From: a virus | Lineage: Duplodnaviria > Caudoviricetes | DNA: 64,000 nucleotides | IMG/VR virus record: IMGVR_UViG_3300005336_000019 | Location: 1 to 64,000 of that record | Reading direction: 5' to 3' (one strand) | Shown here: one piece after another, positions 53,733 through 63,151 of the stretch | Layout: every line of letters starts with the position of its first letter | Position numbering within the stretch: the stretch's first letter is position 1 | Program-made: the position numbers and the translations under genes | The notes under the pieces: generated by a model | Database searches by the model: none | What the model was told of the DNA's origin: nothing | Seen by the model: the letters and a program-made list of their open reading frames with translations, nothing else

Positions 53733-54197
53733 TCACCGCACGTCGGTGATCTCGATGTCGTAGGGCAGCGCCTTCACTGCCTCTTCGATGTCCCATTCGA
53801 CCGGATTCGCGTCAGCGTCGTGACCGATCTTGACCTTGAGCACCACCAGCAGCTCCCGGTGCCGGGGCTTCGGCTTCGGTTCGGGGTTGCCCCAGCCGCG
53901 CTCCTGGAGGGCCACCAGCAAGGGCAGCTCCTTGATCCAGCCGATGGGGTTGCTGCGCGCCGCCTCCAGCCGGGCCAGCTCGCCCTCGTAGGCGTCGGTC
54001 GCGGCGTCCCCGCTCGGGCCCGGCCCCAGCAGGTACGAGGAGATCAGAAGGTCGAGGTGGGCCAGCGCCCGGTCGGCCATGGTCAGGTACCGGTAGGTGT
54101 TCTGGGCGTGCTTGATGTCCATGTCGGCAACCCGGTGGATCCGGCCCGGACCGTCCACCCAGTACTCGTCCTGGAACAGCAGCTCTCTGCGGTCCAT
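53733..54197 (-). CDS. hypothetical protein
   Basis: TGATG overlap. Confidence 0.8.
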   Translation of the reverse strand: MDRRELLFQDEYWVDGPGRIHRVADMDIKHAQNTYRYLTMADRALAHLDLLISSYLLGPGPSGDAATDAYEGELARLEAARSNPIGWIKELPLLVALQERGWGNPEPKPKPRHRELLVVLKVKIGHDADANPVEWDIEEAVKALPYDIEITDVR

Positions 54198-54631
54198 CAG
54201 TCTCCCCTCCTTCCCAGCAGTTTGCCCAGCAGGTTCCAGCTCCGGCCGCCGGACTCCATCTCGCCCGGCTGCGGGCCGCTTCCTGGGGTGTCGTCACTGA
54301 TCTGCCAGCCCGGCATCCCGCTGAAGCGGGGGCCCATGGCCTCGTCGTGCATCCGGGGCGGGCTCGTCACGAGAACCGTGTACAGCCGCCTCGGGGCCAG
54401 CTTGCCCAGGTGCAGCCAGTAGACGGGGAACCCCTTGACGTGCTCGATCCGCAGCAGGCGGTCGTCGGCGAGCGGCTGCATGCCGACACCTGTGAGGTAC
54501 AGGCCCATCTCGATGGTCTGGCCGGTGTGCACCAGCTTGATCGACGAGCCGCCGGTCGTGATGATGCAGGGCTCGCCGACGTTGAGGCTCTTCAGGTCGA
54601 GGCGACCGGTGTTCACCCGCACTGGATCCAC
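54197..54631 (-). CDS. hypothetical protein
   Basis: ORF tiling. Confidence 0.75.
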   Translation of the reverse strand: MDPVRVNTGRLDLKSLNVGEPCIITTGGSSIKLVHTGQTIEMGLYLTGVGMQPLADDRLLRIEHVKGFPVYWLHLGKLAPRRLYTVLVTSPPRMHDEAMGPRFSGMPGWQISDDTPGSGPQPGEMESGGRSWNLLGKLLGRRGD

Positions 54632-55005
54632 CTCCAGGAATCAGAGGGAAGCGGCCAGTACCAGCGGAAGCTGTTGCCGTCCGAGTCGGCTCGTTCCACC
54701 CTGACACCGCCGAGCGGATCCAGCTCCAGCCAGTACTCCCGCCAGGGCGTCAGGGCGGCGACGTCCAGCCAGCCGTCCCGGTCGATGGGCGACATGTGCT
54801 CGTCGTACCCGCGCGTGATGCAGTGGATGGTCACCCACGGACCGGGCGTACCGATGCCGATCCCCGCCTGGTCCGGGTGGCCGAGTTCGCTGACGATGAC
54901 CATGTCGCCGCCGACTCCAAGGTGCCGACGGCCGCCGATCAGCGGCTTGCGGTTGATCCGGTCGGCCATGGTGCGCAGGTCCAGGCGGGTGCCGTCGATC
55001 CTCAT
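54613..55005 (-). CDS. hypothetical protein
   Basis: ATGA overlap. Confidence 0.75.
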   Translation of the reverse strand: MRIDGTRLDLRTMADRINRKPLIGGRRHLGVGGDMVIVSELGHPDQAGIGIGTPGPWVTIHCITRGYDEHMSPIDRDGWLDVAALTPWREYWLELDPLGGVRVERADSDGNSFRWYWPLPSDSWRWIQCG

Positions 55006-55223
55006 ACGCCCACCGGCCGGATGTCCTCGATCGCGTCGTCGATGGCCTCGATGACGCTCTTCAGCGCATCGGCCGCGCTGGCGTAGGCGCCGTCGCGCAG
55101 CTCGACGGGCAGGCGCTTGACGTCCGCCAGCAGCCTGCTGCGCAGAACCTCGAACCGCTCCTTCGGGGACTCTGCCTCCTCCAGCAGATCCTCGTAGTAC
55201 TTCTCGCGTCCCTTGCGTGCCAC
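55002..55223 (-). CDS. hypothetical protein
   Basis: RBS AAGGAG. Confidence 0.8.
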   Translation of the reverse strand: MARKGREKYYEDLLEEAESPKERFEVLRSRLLADVKRLPVELRDGAYASAADALKSVIEAIDDAIEDIRPVGV

Positions 55224-55278
55224 GTCGTCTCCTTCCGAAAGCCCCGGTTCTCAACCGGGGCTCCGTTTCCTTCTGTTG

Positions 55279-55307
55279 AGATTACCAGATGGCCTGGGCC
55301 ATGTCAG
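55279..55307 (-). promoter_or_regulatory. promoter CTGACA-N17-TAATCT with operator TGGCCCAGGCCA in the spacer
   Basis: Palindrome at 55290-55301. Confidence 0.65.
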
Positions 55308-56830
55308 CTTCCCTGGACCGCCCTGGGCCGGTACGTCACACCCTGCTTCTTCGGGTGCATCGGGGTGACGTTCGTCTTCTCCTGCTCGATCTCTTCCATC
55401 ATGACGATCTCTTCGAGGACGTCCCCGGTGAACACGTCGCCGACCGGTTCGCAGTACTCGCGCTCCAGCGAGACGTACTCCTCGTTCATCCGTTCCGCCG
55501 TCCGGCCGACCTCGGCAAGGATTTGATCCAGCGGCCTCTTCTCATCCTGGGCCGCCGACTCGGTGGCCCGGCTGACAAGCGCCAGCATCCGACGCATGGT
55601 GCGCTCCCGCAGGATGCGCGCTGCGACGAGCGGCTTGGTCGTGTCGTCGAAGGCGACCGCTTCCAGTTCGAGGGCGTAGGGCAGCACCTTCTCGAAGGTG
55701 CTTACCCCCATCTCCTCAACCTCGGCCGCCACCATGTCCGGCGTGATCACGTTCTCCTGCCGGGCCAGCCGGGCAGCCGCCTTGATGATCACGTTCATGC
55801 GGCTGTCGGTCTGGATGTCGACCTCGGCGATCCCGTAGGAGTGGCCGTACCGCAGAATCGATCCGACCAGGCTGCGCTCGACGGACTCCTGACTGAAGCC
55901 GCTGAACACCACTGGCTTCTCGCGGTGCTCCTCCTCGACCAGGATCACCATCTCGGGCCGCTTCTTGATCGGCGTGAAGGGCACGATCTCGAACTCGTCG
56001 AGACCGAATCCGTGATCACGGTGATCGGAGAAGTCGGCGCCGTCGGCCATGAGCGGCGAGCACACCACCTTGACCTTGGTCACCACATTGCTCAGGTGCT
56101 TGTGCACCTCCTCGGCGAACTCCAGGCCGGTGCGGTCGCAGTCGGCCACGATGATCACCTCGGAGGCGCCCTTGAAGTAGCGGCCGTACTCCAGCCGCCA
56201 CTTCGACTTGCCCGCACCCGAGACGATGGTCGTCACCGCTTCATCGGGGAAGTCCCGCCTCATCCGGTCGGCGTCCTTCTCGCCCTCCATGAGCCAGATC
56301 CGGCGCCCGGCCTTCGCCGCCTCGATCACCTTCGCCAGGTTGTAGAGCACCCGGCGCACCGAGGAGGGCAGACCCCACTTCTTACCGAACTTCTTGCTGG
56401 CGTCCGGCACCCACTGGGCGAACGGCTGCGGGCAGCCGTCACCCTTGCGCGAGCACCGCGCGACCGCGTAGAGGAAGTTCCCGTTCTCGTCCGAATACCG
56501 GTACTCGGCCGACTTGTGGCCGCCGCAGCCGTTCTTCTGGCAGGGCATCCACAGGTCGGCCGCGAGCTGACGGTCCTCGTCCCCCATCTGGCCGCCGTTG
56601 TCGAACAGGTCGGGCCAGTTGAGGTCGAGCGCGATGCGGATGTCGTCGGTGGCGCACCGGGCGTGACAGTTGAGCACCGCGCCCTTCTCGCCCTGGGTGA
56701 TGCTGAGGGAAGCGTTCCGGTCCTCGTGTGCCGGGCACTGGGCGGTGTAGTACCCACCGTGCTGCTTGACCCGACTTCCGCTCCTGTCCAGCGCCGCGAG
56801 TACGTTCCTGAGTCCTGACCCTCGTGCCAT
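55304..56830 (-). CDS. DNA primase (Zn finger + Toprim) with DnaB-NTD-like C-terminus
   Basis: CPAHEDRNASLS, CHARC, EGEKDA, ADCD..G motifs. Confidence 0.9.
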   Translation of the reverse strand: MARGSGLRNVLAALDRSGSRVKQHGGYYTAQCPAHEDRNASLSITQGEKGAVLNCHARCATDDIRIALDLNWPDLFDNGGQMGDEDRQLAADLWMPCQKNGCGGHKSAEYRYSDENGNFLYAVARCSRKGDGCPQPFAQWVPDASKKFGKKWGLPSSVRRVLYNLAKVIEAAKAGRRIWLMEGEKDADRMRRDFPDEAVTTIVSGAGKSKWRLEYGRYFKGASEVIIVADCDRTGLEFAEEVHKHLSNVVTKVKVVCSPLMADGADFSDHRDHGFGLDEFEIVPFTPIKKRPEMVILVEEEHREKPVVFSGFSQESVERSLVGSILRYGHSYGIAEVDIQTDSRMNVIIKAAARLARQENVITPDMVAAEVEEMGVSTFEKVLPYALELEAVAFDDTTKPLVAARILRERTMRRMLALVSRATESAAQDEKRPLDQILAEVGRTAERMNEEYVSLEREYCEPVGDVFTGDVLEEIVMMEEIEQEKTNVTPMHPKKQGVTYRPRAVQGS

Positions 56831-56893
56831 TCGCACAACCTCTCTCACCGGGCGCCGCGTACGCCCCACCGGTAGCGGGGCGTGCGACGACCA

Positions 56894-57475
56894 TCATGCC
56901 GGGCGATAGACCGGACCGCTCGGGTCGAACACGACAGGAACCTCGAAGCCCTCGGCGTCGTAGACGATCGTGTCGCCGCCGACGCGGATCACTTCGCTGG
57001 ACAGCCGCTTCGCCGTCTCGCTTTCGAGGTCGGCGAGGGTCAGGATCGGGGCCGTCGTCTCATCGCTGAGGCGGCCGAGTTCGGAGGGGCTGAGTCCAGG
57101 AGCGTACACCAGCTCAGCCTTGTTAACGTGCTCCCGGCCGGTGCCGGAGGCGTACATGACGAGTCGCAGATGGCGCATCTCCTTGGCCGCCATGCGCCCG
57201 TCCCCGCCGCCCAGGATCTGGCCGACCGATGACCACACCTCGTCGTCGGACCGAAGCCCCGGCAGCAGCACGAGCACCTTCATTCCGCAGATCGCCGCGT
57301 TCAGCAGCATCTGCGCGCAGAGGACGTCCGGCCTGCCTCCCGAGTCGTTCGACACAAGCGACGTGACCGCGCCCTCCTTCAGTCCCCATCCGGGCCGCGC
57401 CAGAGCGATGGGCCCCACAGACACAACCATCTCTTCACCCTTTCCGAGGGGTGAACCAACATCAACTTGGTTCAC
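56894..57475 (-). CDS. degenerate DnaB/RecA-fold protein
   Basis: GLKEGAVTSL...GRP...AQMLLNAA..GMKV aligns to the DnaB H1/H1a region. Confidence 0.55.
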   Translation of the reverse strand: MNQVDVGSPLGKGEEMVVSVGPIALARPGWGLKEGAVTSLVSNDSGGRPDVLCAQMLLNAAICGMKVLVLLPGLRSDDEVWSSVGQILGGGDGRMAAKEMRHLRLVMYASGTGREHVNKAELVYAPGLSPSELGRLSDETTAPILTLADLESETAKRLSSEVIRVGGDTIVYDAEGFEVPVVFDPSGPVYRPA

Positions 57476-57479
57476 CCAC

Positions 57480-57502
57480 AGCCTACTACATGGCCTGGGC
57501 CA
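57480..57502 (-). promoter_or_regulatory. operator TGGCCCAGGCCA upstream of -10 TAGGCT (probably leaderless start)
   Basis: Palindrome at 57491-57502; GTG start 4 nt after the -10. Confidence 0.65.
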
Positions 57503-57509
57503 CTTCTAC

Positions 57510-57537
57510 TGGCAAGCCCCTCGAAAGGGGCTTGCCA
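57510..57537. terminator. hairpin terminator
   Basis: TGGCAAGCCCCT-CGAA-AGGGGCTTGCCA. Confidence 0.65.
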
Positions 57538-57637
57538 CCCGTCACCCATGGCTGCCATACTCTACATGCCGCCCCACGAGGGGCAGGAAGTGGGGCCAGG
57601 CCATCCGGTGGACACCGGACGCCTGGCCTTCGCGCTT

Positions 57638-58084
57638 CTACCGGAGCTTCGCCCGGAACCGGGCGCCCCCGATGATCTCCTCGTCGGTCGCCTCGACAAC
57701 CTTCTTCGTCAGCTCGCGGATCGGGCCGAAGCCGTTGTACGAGAAGTTCTTCGGCACGTTCATCGCCTGTTGCTTGCCCATCTCCAGCAGGCCGACGACG
57801 CTCAGCAGCCAGCCGTCGCAGACGGCGTACTTCGCAGCCTCGATGGTCCAGATGTCGAACCATTCCCGGATCGCGTCACGCCGTCCCCGCAGGTGGGCCG
57901 TCTTCAGCCACTTCCGGTACTTCTCGGCCTTCCCGTCGGCCTCCAGGTACTTTTCGTTGATCCACTTGCGTTCGGAGATCACGAGGCTGACGTCCCGGGG
58001 CTCCATCACGAAGAGGTCGCCGGGCGGAGCCAGCCGTCCGAGCGGACCGAGATCGTCGCAGACCAGGAACTCTCCCGTGATCAC
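57638..58084 (-). CDS. hypothetical protein
   Basis: GTGA overlap with dnaB. Confidence 0.8.
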   Translation of the reverse strand: MITGEFLVCDDLGPLGRLAPPGDLFVMEPRDVSLVISERKWINEKYLEADGKAEKYRKWLKTAHLRGRRDAIREWFDIWTIEAAKYAVCDGWLLSVVGLLEMGKQQAMNVPKNFSYNGFGPIRELTKKVVEATDEEIIGGARFRAKLR

Positions 58085-59442
58085 GACGAGATCCCGGCGA
58101 GCATGTCGGACGGGTTGAGGAACCGGCTGTGGGCGCCGTCGAACAGCATCACCCGCTCGGCCGTCTTGCCCCCTCGGTTCTTCGCGAGGATCAGGTCGGC
58201 CTCCTTGCCGCGCGCCGTGTCGGGATCGATCTTGAACGGCAGGTGGACCAGGATGACCACGTTCGCGTCCTGCTCGATCTGGCCGGACTGGCGCAGGTCG
58301 GTCAGCTTCGGCTTGCCGTCGTCGCGACCGGCCGACTCACGGTTGAGCTGAGCCAGCGCGATGATGATGACCCGGAGCGTACGGGCCAGCCTGCGCAGCC
58401 CTTCCGAGACGATCGCCACGTCCACCGTCGGGTTGCCGGTCGGCTTGTCCGGCTTCACGAGCTGGAGGTAGTCGATCACGAAGACCTTCGCACCCTTCTC
58501 CCGGGCCGACTTGCGGACCTTCAGCGCGATCTCTCCGAGCGTCTGGCCCGGGTCGTCGTCGACCGTCATCGGGTAGTCGGCCTGGCTGGCGTCGTACTCG
58601 ATCAGTCGCTCGATCGCCTCGGCGTCCACCCGGCCGTCACGGATGTCCTCGAAGGGGATGCCGGTCTCGGCCGACGCGTTGCGCTGGCCCAGCTCCTCCT
58701 TCGGCATCTCCAACGAGAAGATCTCCGTGGCCATCCCCTGGTGCGCCACGTTCCGCGCGACCTGGGCGCCGACGGTGGTCTTGCCGTGGCCGGGCCGCCC
58801 GGCGATCACGATGAACTGGCCCAGCCGCATGCCGCCGGTCAGTTCGTCGATGTCGTGCAGCCCCATCGGGATGCCCTTCTCCATGGTCCGCCCGTGGAGG
58901 ATGTGCCCCAGGGCAGCCTCGGAGACCTGCGATGCGGAGAAGGTGGTCTCCACCTTCGTGGAGGTGTCGATGACCTCCGACACCACCACCGAGACCTCCC
59001 CGGCGATCTCGCCGTAGGACCCGCCGCCCGCCTGGACCCGGCCGGAGGACTCCACCAGCACCTTGTGCAGCATGCGCCGCCGGTACAGGTCGAGCAGGCT
59101 CCGCGCCCCGCCGTGCGAGGCCGCGAGGTTCCCGGCCTTCGACGGCAGGCTGTGCACGTGGTCGAACAGCTCGGCGGTCAGCTCCCCCTCCTGCCGCAGG
59201 GCGCCGACGACCGCCACCGGGTCGGTGTGGCCGCCGTCGATGAAGCAGGACAGGAACGCCTCGTACACCTTGCGGTTCAGCGGGTCGTGGAACACTTCCG
59301 GCCCGGCGTCCCGCAGGATGTCGGTGACTTCGTCACGACAGTCGAGCGGGTGGCCGTCGGAGACGAGCAGTTCCCCCAGAACGGCCGTCTCCGCGTGCGG
59401 GTCGACCATGGTTCCGCCCGCAATGGCGCGTACTTCACCCAC
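58081..59442 (-). CDS. dnaB: replicative DNA helicase
   Basis: AGRPGHGKT, FSLEM, VIDYLQL, AQLNR, DLRQSGQIEQDA, KNRGG. Confidence 0.96.
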   Translation of the reverse strand: MGEVRAIAGGTMVDPHAETAVLGELLVSDGHPLDCRDEVTDILRDAGPEVFHDPLNRKVYEAFLSCFIDGGHTDPVAVVGALRQEGELTAELFDHVHSLPSKAGNLAASHGGARSLLDLYRRRMLHKVLVESSGRVQAGGGSYGEIAGEVSVVVSEVIDTSTKVETTFSASQVSEAALGHILHGRTMEKGIPMGLHDIDELTGGMRLGQFIVIAGRPGHGKTTVGAQVARNVAHQGMATEIFSLEMPKEELGQRNASAETGIPFEDIRDGRVDAEAIERLIEYDASQADYPMTVDDDPGQTLGEIALKVRKSAREKGAKVFVIDYLQLVKPDKPTGNPTVDVAIVSEGLRRLARTLRVIIIALAQLNRESAGRDDGKPKLTDLRQSGQIEQDANVVILVHLPFKIDPDTARGKEADLILAKNRGGKTAERVMLFDGAHSRFLNPSDMLAGISS

Positions 59443-59465
59443 GTTTGTTCTCCTTATCCGTTTCT

Positions 59466-60410
59466 TCAGCTCTTCAGCAGGTTGGCCCGGTCACGCTGGG
59501 CCTGGTACTCACGCAGCCTCGCGTCGATCTTCTCCTGCTCCTCGGGGCTGATGTCCAGGCCGGGCCGCTGGTGGAACTGCTTCGGCGGCACGTACCGGTT
59601 GAGCTGGTCGTCTTCCTTCGGTGCCTCGGGCATCACGGTGCGCGTCTTCGGCGGCTTGCCAAGGTCCCCCGCCTTGCTGATCAGCAGTCGCTCCGGGGCA
59701 TTGACCCGGGGGTTCAGCTCGGCCGCCATCCGCAGCGCCAGTTCGCGCGGGTTCCATCCGGCCTCCAACGCCGGGCGCACCGCAGCGGCAACACGCTCGC
59801 AGGCGGCCGACATCAGGCGCAGCCGGGGCTCGGTGTTCCGTGCGGTGATCTCTTCCAGCTCGACGACGAACTCCGCCTCGGCGCCGGTCGGCCCGGAATC
59901 CTCCAGGGCCGACATGTCGAACTCGGGCTCCGGCTCCTCGGCCTCTTCGTCCATGAGGACGATCGCCTGCGCCTGCGCTTCCTGCTGGCGGGCGCCCTTA
60001 CGGGGCCTGCGGTTCAGCGGCACCGTCACGAAGACCACGCTGCGGCTCTTCTTTTTGCTGATCGCGGCGGCCTCGGCCATCACGCTCTTGGGTCCGGCGT
60101 ACTCCTCCGGCGGCACCACGACGAACTCGAAGTCGGCACCCTCGCCGGACTGCGGGTTGTTGAGCCTGCGCAGGATTCCCTTCTTAGCCAGGGCCTGCAT
60201 CGCCTTGTGCGCAGTGCTCACCGACACGAGGCCGTTGGAGATCTCGTTGACCCAGGCGGCGGTCGCGCGGAAGCCGGTCTCGGGCACACCTCCGTGGGTG
60301 TGCTTCAGGTTGCCCTTGATGATCGAGTAGATCCGGTACTCGGTGGACGTCACGTCCGGGTGCAGCAGCACCCAGTCGTCGACCACGGTGAAGTGCCTTG
60401 AATCCGACAT
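59466..60410 (-). CDS. putative replication initiator (N-terminal wHTH)
   Basis: FTVVDDWVL...EYRIY...VSVSTAHKAMQALAKKGIL; lies upstream of dnaB. Confidence 0.7.
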   Translation of the reverse strand: MSDSRHFTVVDDWVLLHPDVTSTEYRIYSIIKGNLKHTHGGVPETGFRATAAWVNEISNGLVSVSTAHKAMQALAKKGILRRLNNPQSGEGADFEFVVVPPEEYAGPKSVMAEAAAISKKKSRSVVFVTVPLNRRPRKGARQQEAQAQAIVLMDEEAEEPEPEFDMSALEDSGPTGAEAEFVVELEEITARNTEPRLRLMSAACERVAAAVRPALEAGWNPRELALRMAAELNPRVNAPERLLISKAGDLGKPPKTRTVMPEAPKEDDQLNRYVPPKQFHQRPGLDISPEEQEKIDARLREYQAQRDRANLLKS

Positions 60411-60481
60411 GGCTTCCGCTGTAACCTTTCAGTCAGTTTGCTTGATCGAGGCCCCAGTTCACGCTGGGGCCTTCTCCTTTC

Positions 60482-60877
60482 TCAGGAGAAGGCTGCCACC
60501 AGCTTGCCGTTCGGGCGCCGGTAAGCGTCCAGCTCGTCGCGGATGTCGGGCGGGTACGCCTCCATCTGAAGCCGGACCTTGCCGCTGCGGTACACGGCGA
60601 CCTTCGTGATCGCCTCGATGTCCAGCAGGAACTGCATTGGCTTCTTCCACTCGCCGTCCTCGCCGAACAGGGCGTCGGCCCAGTCCTTCGAGATGGTGAC
60701 GCGCATCCTGTCGGAGTCCTCCATCGTCGCGGCGGAGGCGATCCGCGCGTACAGGCCCAGGGCCTCGAACTCCTCGCTGAGCTTCGCCACCACCCAGATG
60801 GGGAACGGCGCCGTCTGGGCGTACTGCCCGAACTCGTTCATCAGGGTCGCGTCGATGACGCTGGCCTCGTGTCCCAT
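60482..60877 (-). CDS. hypothetical protein, possible wHTH paralog of the initiator N-terminus
   Basis: RBS AAAGGAG; PIWV...LGLYARI...KPMQFLL. Confidence 0.7.
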   Translation of the reverse strand: MGHEASVIDATLMNEFGQYAQTAPFPIWVVAKLSEEFEALGLYARIASAATMEDSDRMRVTISKDWADALFGEDGEWKKPMQFLLDIEAITKVAVYRSGKVRLQMEAYPPDIRDELDAYRRPNGKLVAAFS

Positions 60878-60899
60878 GCCGGTCACTCCTTTCCGTAGT

Positions 60900-61290
60900 T
60901 GCGACTCTAGCAGAATGATCTCGGCAGTGCAGCTAGAAGTCGCCCCCTTGTCCACCAGAAGGTACTCCCTCTATCCGCGTATGAGAAGGGTGCGACAGGG
61001 AGAGCGGGGTCACATTGATGACATGTTCACGCTAGTAGAGATGTCCAAATTTGCCATGAAATACCCTTGACCTCTCGTTGCCAAAGTAGGCCATATGGTT
61101 GACCATATGAGGTCAACGTCCCTGGCAGAAAATGACAGAGTCGGTAGCCCACCTGACCTGGGGAAACGTCGATTTTCCACCCCCTATAGAAGTATCTAGA
61201 AGTCCTCCTCTTCAGGCTTGGCTCCAGCCATGCCAGGCACATGCCGGAGTGGGTTCCCCACCCACCGGCCCGCACCTGACCTGTCTTCCG
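60900..61290. other. putative replication origin / divergent control region
   Basis: Non-coding and AT-enriched; CCATATG x2, CACCTGACCTG x2, TAGAAGT repeats; adjacent to the replication module. Confidence 0.45.
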
Positions 61291-61583
61291 CCAAGCCTTC
61301 ATCGTCGTCCTCAGCGCGTCGGCGCTCCGCGCCGCCGGAGGAGGGATGGACTCGCTGCGCTCGAAAGACCTCTGGGCTTCTGTTGTCTGCCGGGTGCGGG
61401 GTGCTGGCGGGGCTCGCGCTGCGGGTGAGGCAGGAAGGTGGCTGGGCGCCCGGCTGCGGGCCGGTGGCGGGTGCGGCGCCCCTCGGGTGGTCGGCGAGCG
61501 CAGTCGGCCGCCTGCGAGCCGCAGGGGCCTGAAGGCGTACGTGAGAAGTAGGGTGGCCGGGTTTCCCCGACTGGAGGTTGATC

Positions 61584-61859
61584 ATGGCAATACCGACCGG
61601 CGCCTACGCCGTCACGTACCGGCTGTGGCTGTTCAACGACACGGACCCCGAGAACCCGGTGGACACCGGCATCGAGCAGACCTTCCCGCTCACGAACGGC
61701 TTCGGCTCGACGGTGACGGAGAACGAGGACGCGGCAGCCGAGGCGGCGATGGGCGCCTGGAAGGCGTCGATGGAGGCGGCATATCCCGGTGTGACGGTGA
61801 ACGCGAACCGGCAGTACCTGGTGCGCACCGAGACTGACGCGTGGCCCTGGTCCTCCTGA
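61584..61859 (+). CDS. hypothetical protein
   Basis: RBS GGAGG. Confidence 0.75.
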   Translation: MAIPTGAYAVTYRLWLFNDTDPENPVDTGIEQTFPLTNGFGSTVTENEDAAAEAAMGAWKASMEAAYPGVTVNANRQYLVRTETDAWPWSS

Positions 61860-61861
61860 TT

Positions 61862-61873
61862 CGGCCCAGGCCA
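61862..61873 (+). promoter_or_regulatory. operator CGGCCCAGGCCA near -10 TATCCT
   Basis: Palindrome family. Confidence 0.55.
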
Positions 61874-61932
61874 TCAAGATCCGCTGATATCCTCTCCGTT
61901 GGGGAATGGGCCCCGACGGAGAGGATGAGATC

Positions 61933-62307
61933 ATGGGAGCGATGGACGCGGCGGACCGCAAGGTGAACGCGGTGAAGGATCTGCTGTACACGGAGGGGGT
62001 CCGCAGCAATGAGCATGTCCACCTGGACGTATACCCGTCGGCCGACCGCCTGACGGTGACGACCTCGGTTCACCGGCACCACTACGACTGCGAGGGATGC
62101 CGCAGCAGGACGCTCGGCGCGAAGATCATGGAGGGTCTGAAGCGCGGCCTCCCCCCGACGTGCCCGCAGTGCCGGATCCACAACGAGTCGATGGAGTTCG
62201 AGCAGCGGGCGCTCCTCAAGCGGATCGCAGCCGTGCTCAGCCGGGAGTTCACGGTCACCGACGAGTACGCGGGCTCGGTGGTCGCGTCGGTGGGCATCGC
62301 CGTCTGA
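61933..62307 (+). CDS. hypothetical Zn-binding protein
   Basis: CEGC...CPQC; RBS GGAGAGG. Confidence 0.75.
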   Translation: MGAMDAADRKVNAVKDLLYTEGVRSNEHVHLDVYPSADRLTVTTSVHRHHYDCEGCRSRTLGAKIMEGLKRGLPPTCPQCRIHNESMEFEQRALLKRIAAVLSREFTVTDEYAGSVVASVGIAV

Positions 62308-62386
62308 ACTTCTTGAAATGGCAGCCAAGTTCAGAATAGGCTCCTCATAGGAGGTGGGCGCGGCCCACCAGTGGGAGGGAGAGACC

Positions 62387-62707
62387 ATGGTCATCCTGGT
62401 GTCGCCGGACTCGCGCGGCCGGATCAACCTGAACCGGGTGGTTCAGGACCGGCAGTACGCGGTGACGGTCGACGGGGACGGCGTGATCACGCTGACGCCC
62501 TCGGTCGTGATCAGTGAGCGCGAACTGCTGGACCTGACCGCTGTTCGGCCGGTGCTGTCTCCGGAGGAGGCGTTCGGCCAGCGCGGCGCGGTCGAGGCGG
62601 CGCAGGCCGTGCAGGACAACCGCGCGTCCCGCAGTGCGGGGGACTGGGGGCGCCGGATTTCCACCCCGGCTGACCTGAGTGCGCTGATCTGGGGGGACGC
62701 GGCATGA
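62387..62707 (+). CDS. AbrB/MraZ-like antitoxin
   Basis: DSRGRINL...Y.V.V..DG.ITLTP; promoter TTGAAA-N18-TAGGCT upstream. Confidence 0.7.
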   Translation: MVILVSPDSRGRINLNRVVQDRQYAVTVDGDGVITLTPSVVISERELLDLTAVRPVLSPEEAFGQRGAVEAAQAVQDNRASRSAGDWGRRISTPADLSALIWGDAA

Positions 62708-63009
62708 GGTTCACGCTGGAGATCACCCCGGCCGCCGAGAAGGGGATCAAGAAGATCCGCAAGTCCGGCGACCGGGGCAAGTTGAAACAGGTCCAGTCCG
62801 CGCTGGAGAAGCTGGCCGACAATCCGGCCCATCCCGGTCTGAACACGCACCGGATGAAGCCCGAGCCCCGCTTCGGAAACCGCGACGACCTGTGGATCTC
62901 GTACATCCGCATCGGCCCCGGCGGCGAGCGCATCCTGTGGGCGTACGGCGAACAGGGTGAAGAGGTCAAGGTCATCGAGGTCGAGTACATCGGCCGCCAC
63001 ATCGACTGA
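62704..63009 (+). CDS. RelE/ParE-family toxin
   Basis: EITPAAEK...L..LADNP.HPGL..H...RILW...IEV.YIGRH. Confidence 0.8.
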   Translation: MRFTLEITPAAEKGIKKIRKSGDRGKLKQVQSALEKLADNPAHPGLNTHRMKPEPRFGNRDDLWISYIRIGPGGERILWAYGEQGEEVKVIEVEYIGRHID

Positions 63010-63151
63010 CTGCCCAGATCCTCAACTCCCTTGTGGTAGAGTAGTTTTCAGGAGAAAGGGAGGAGCCCCGGGGGCGCCCGCGCTCCGGCCAAGAACAACG
63101 GCACCCCGGGGCTTTCGGCCCATCTCACATCGGAATCGGACGGAGAAGAGC

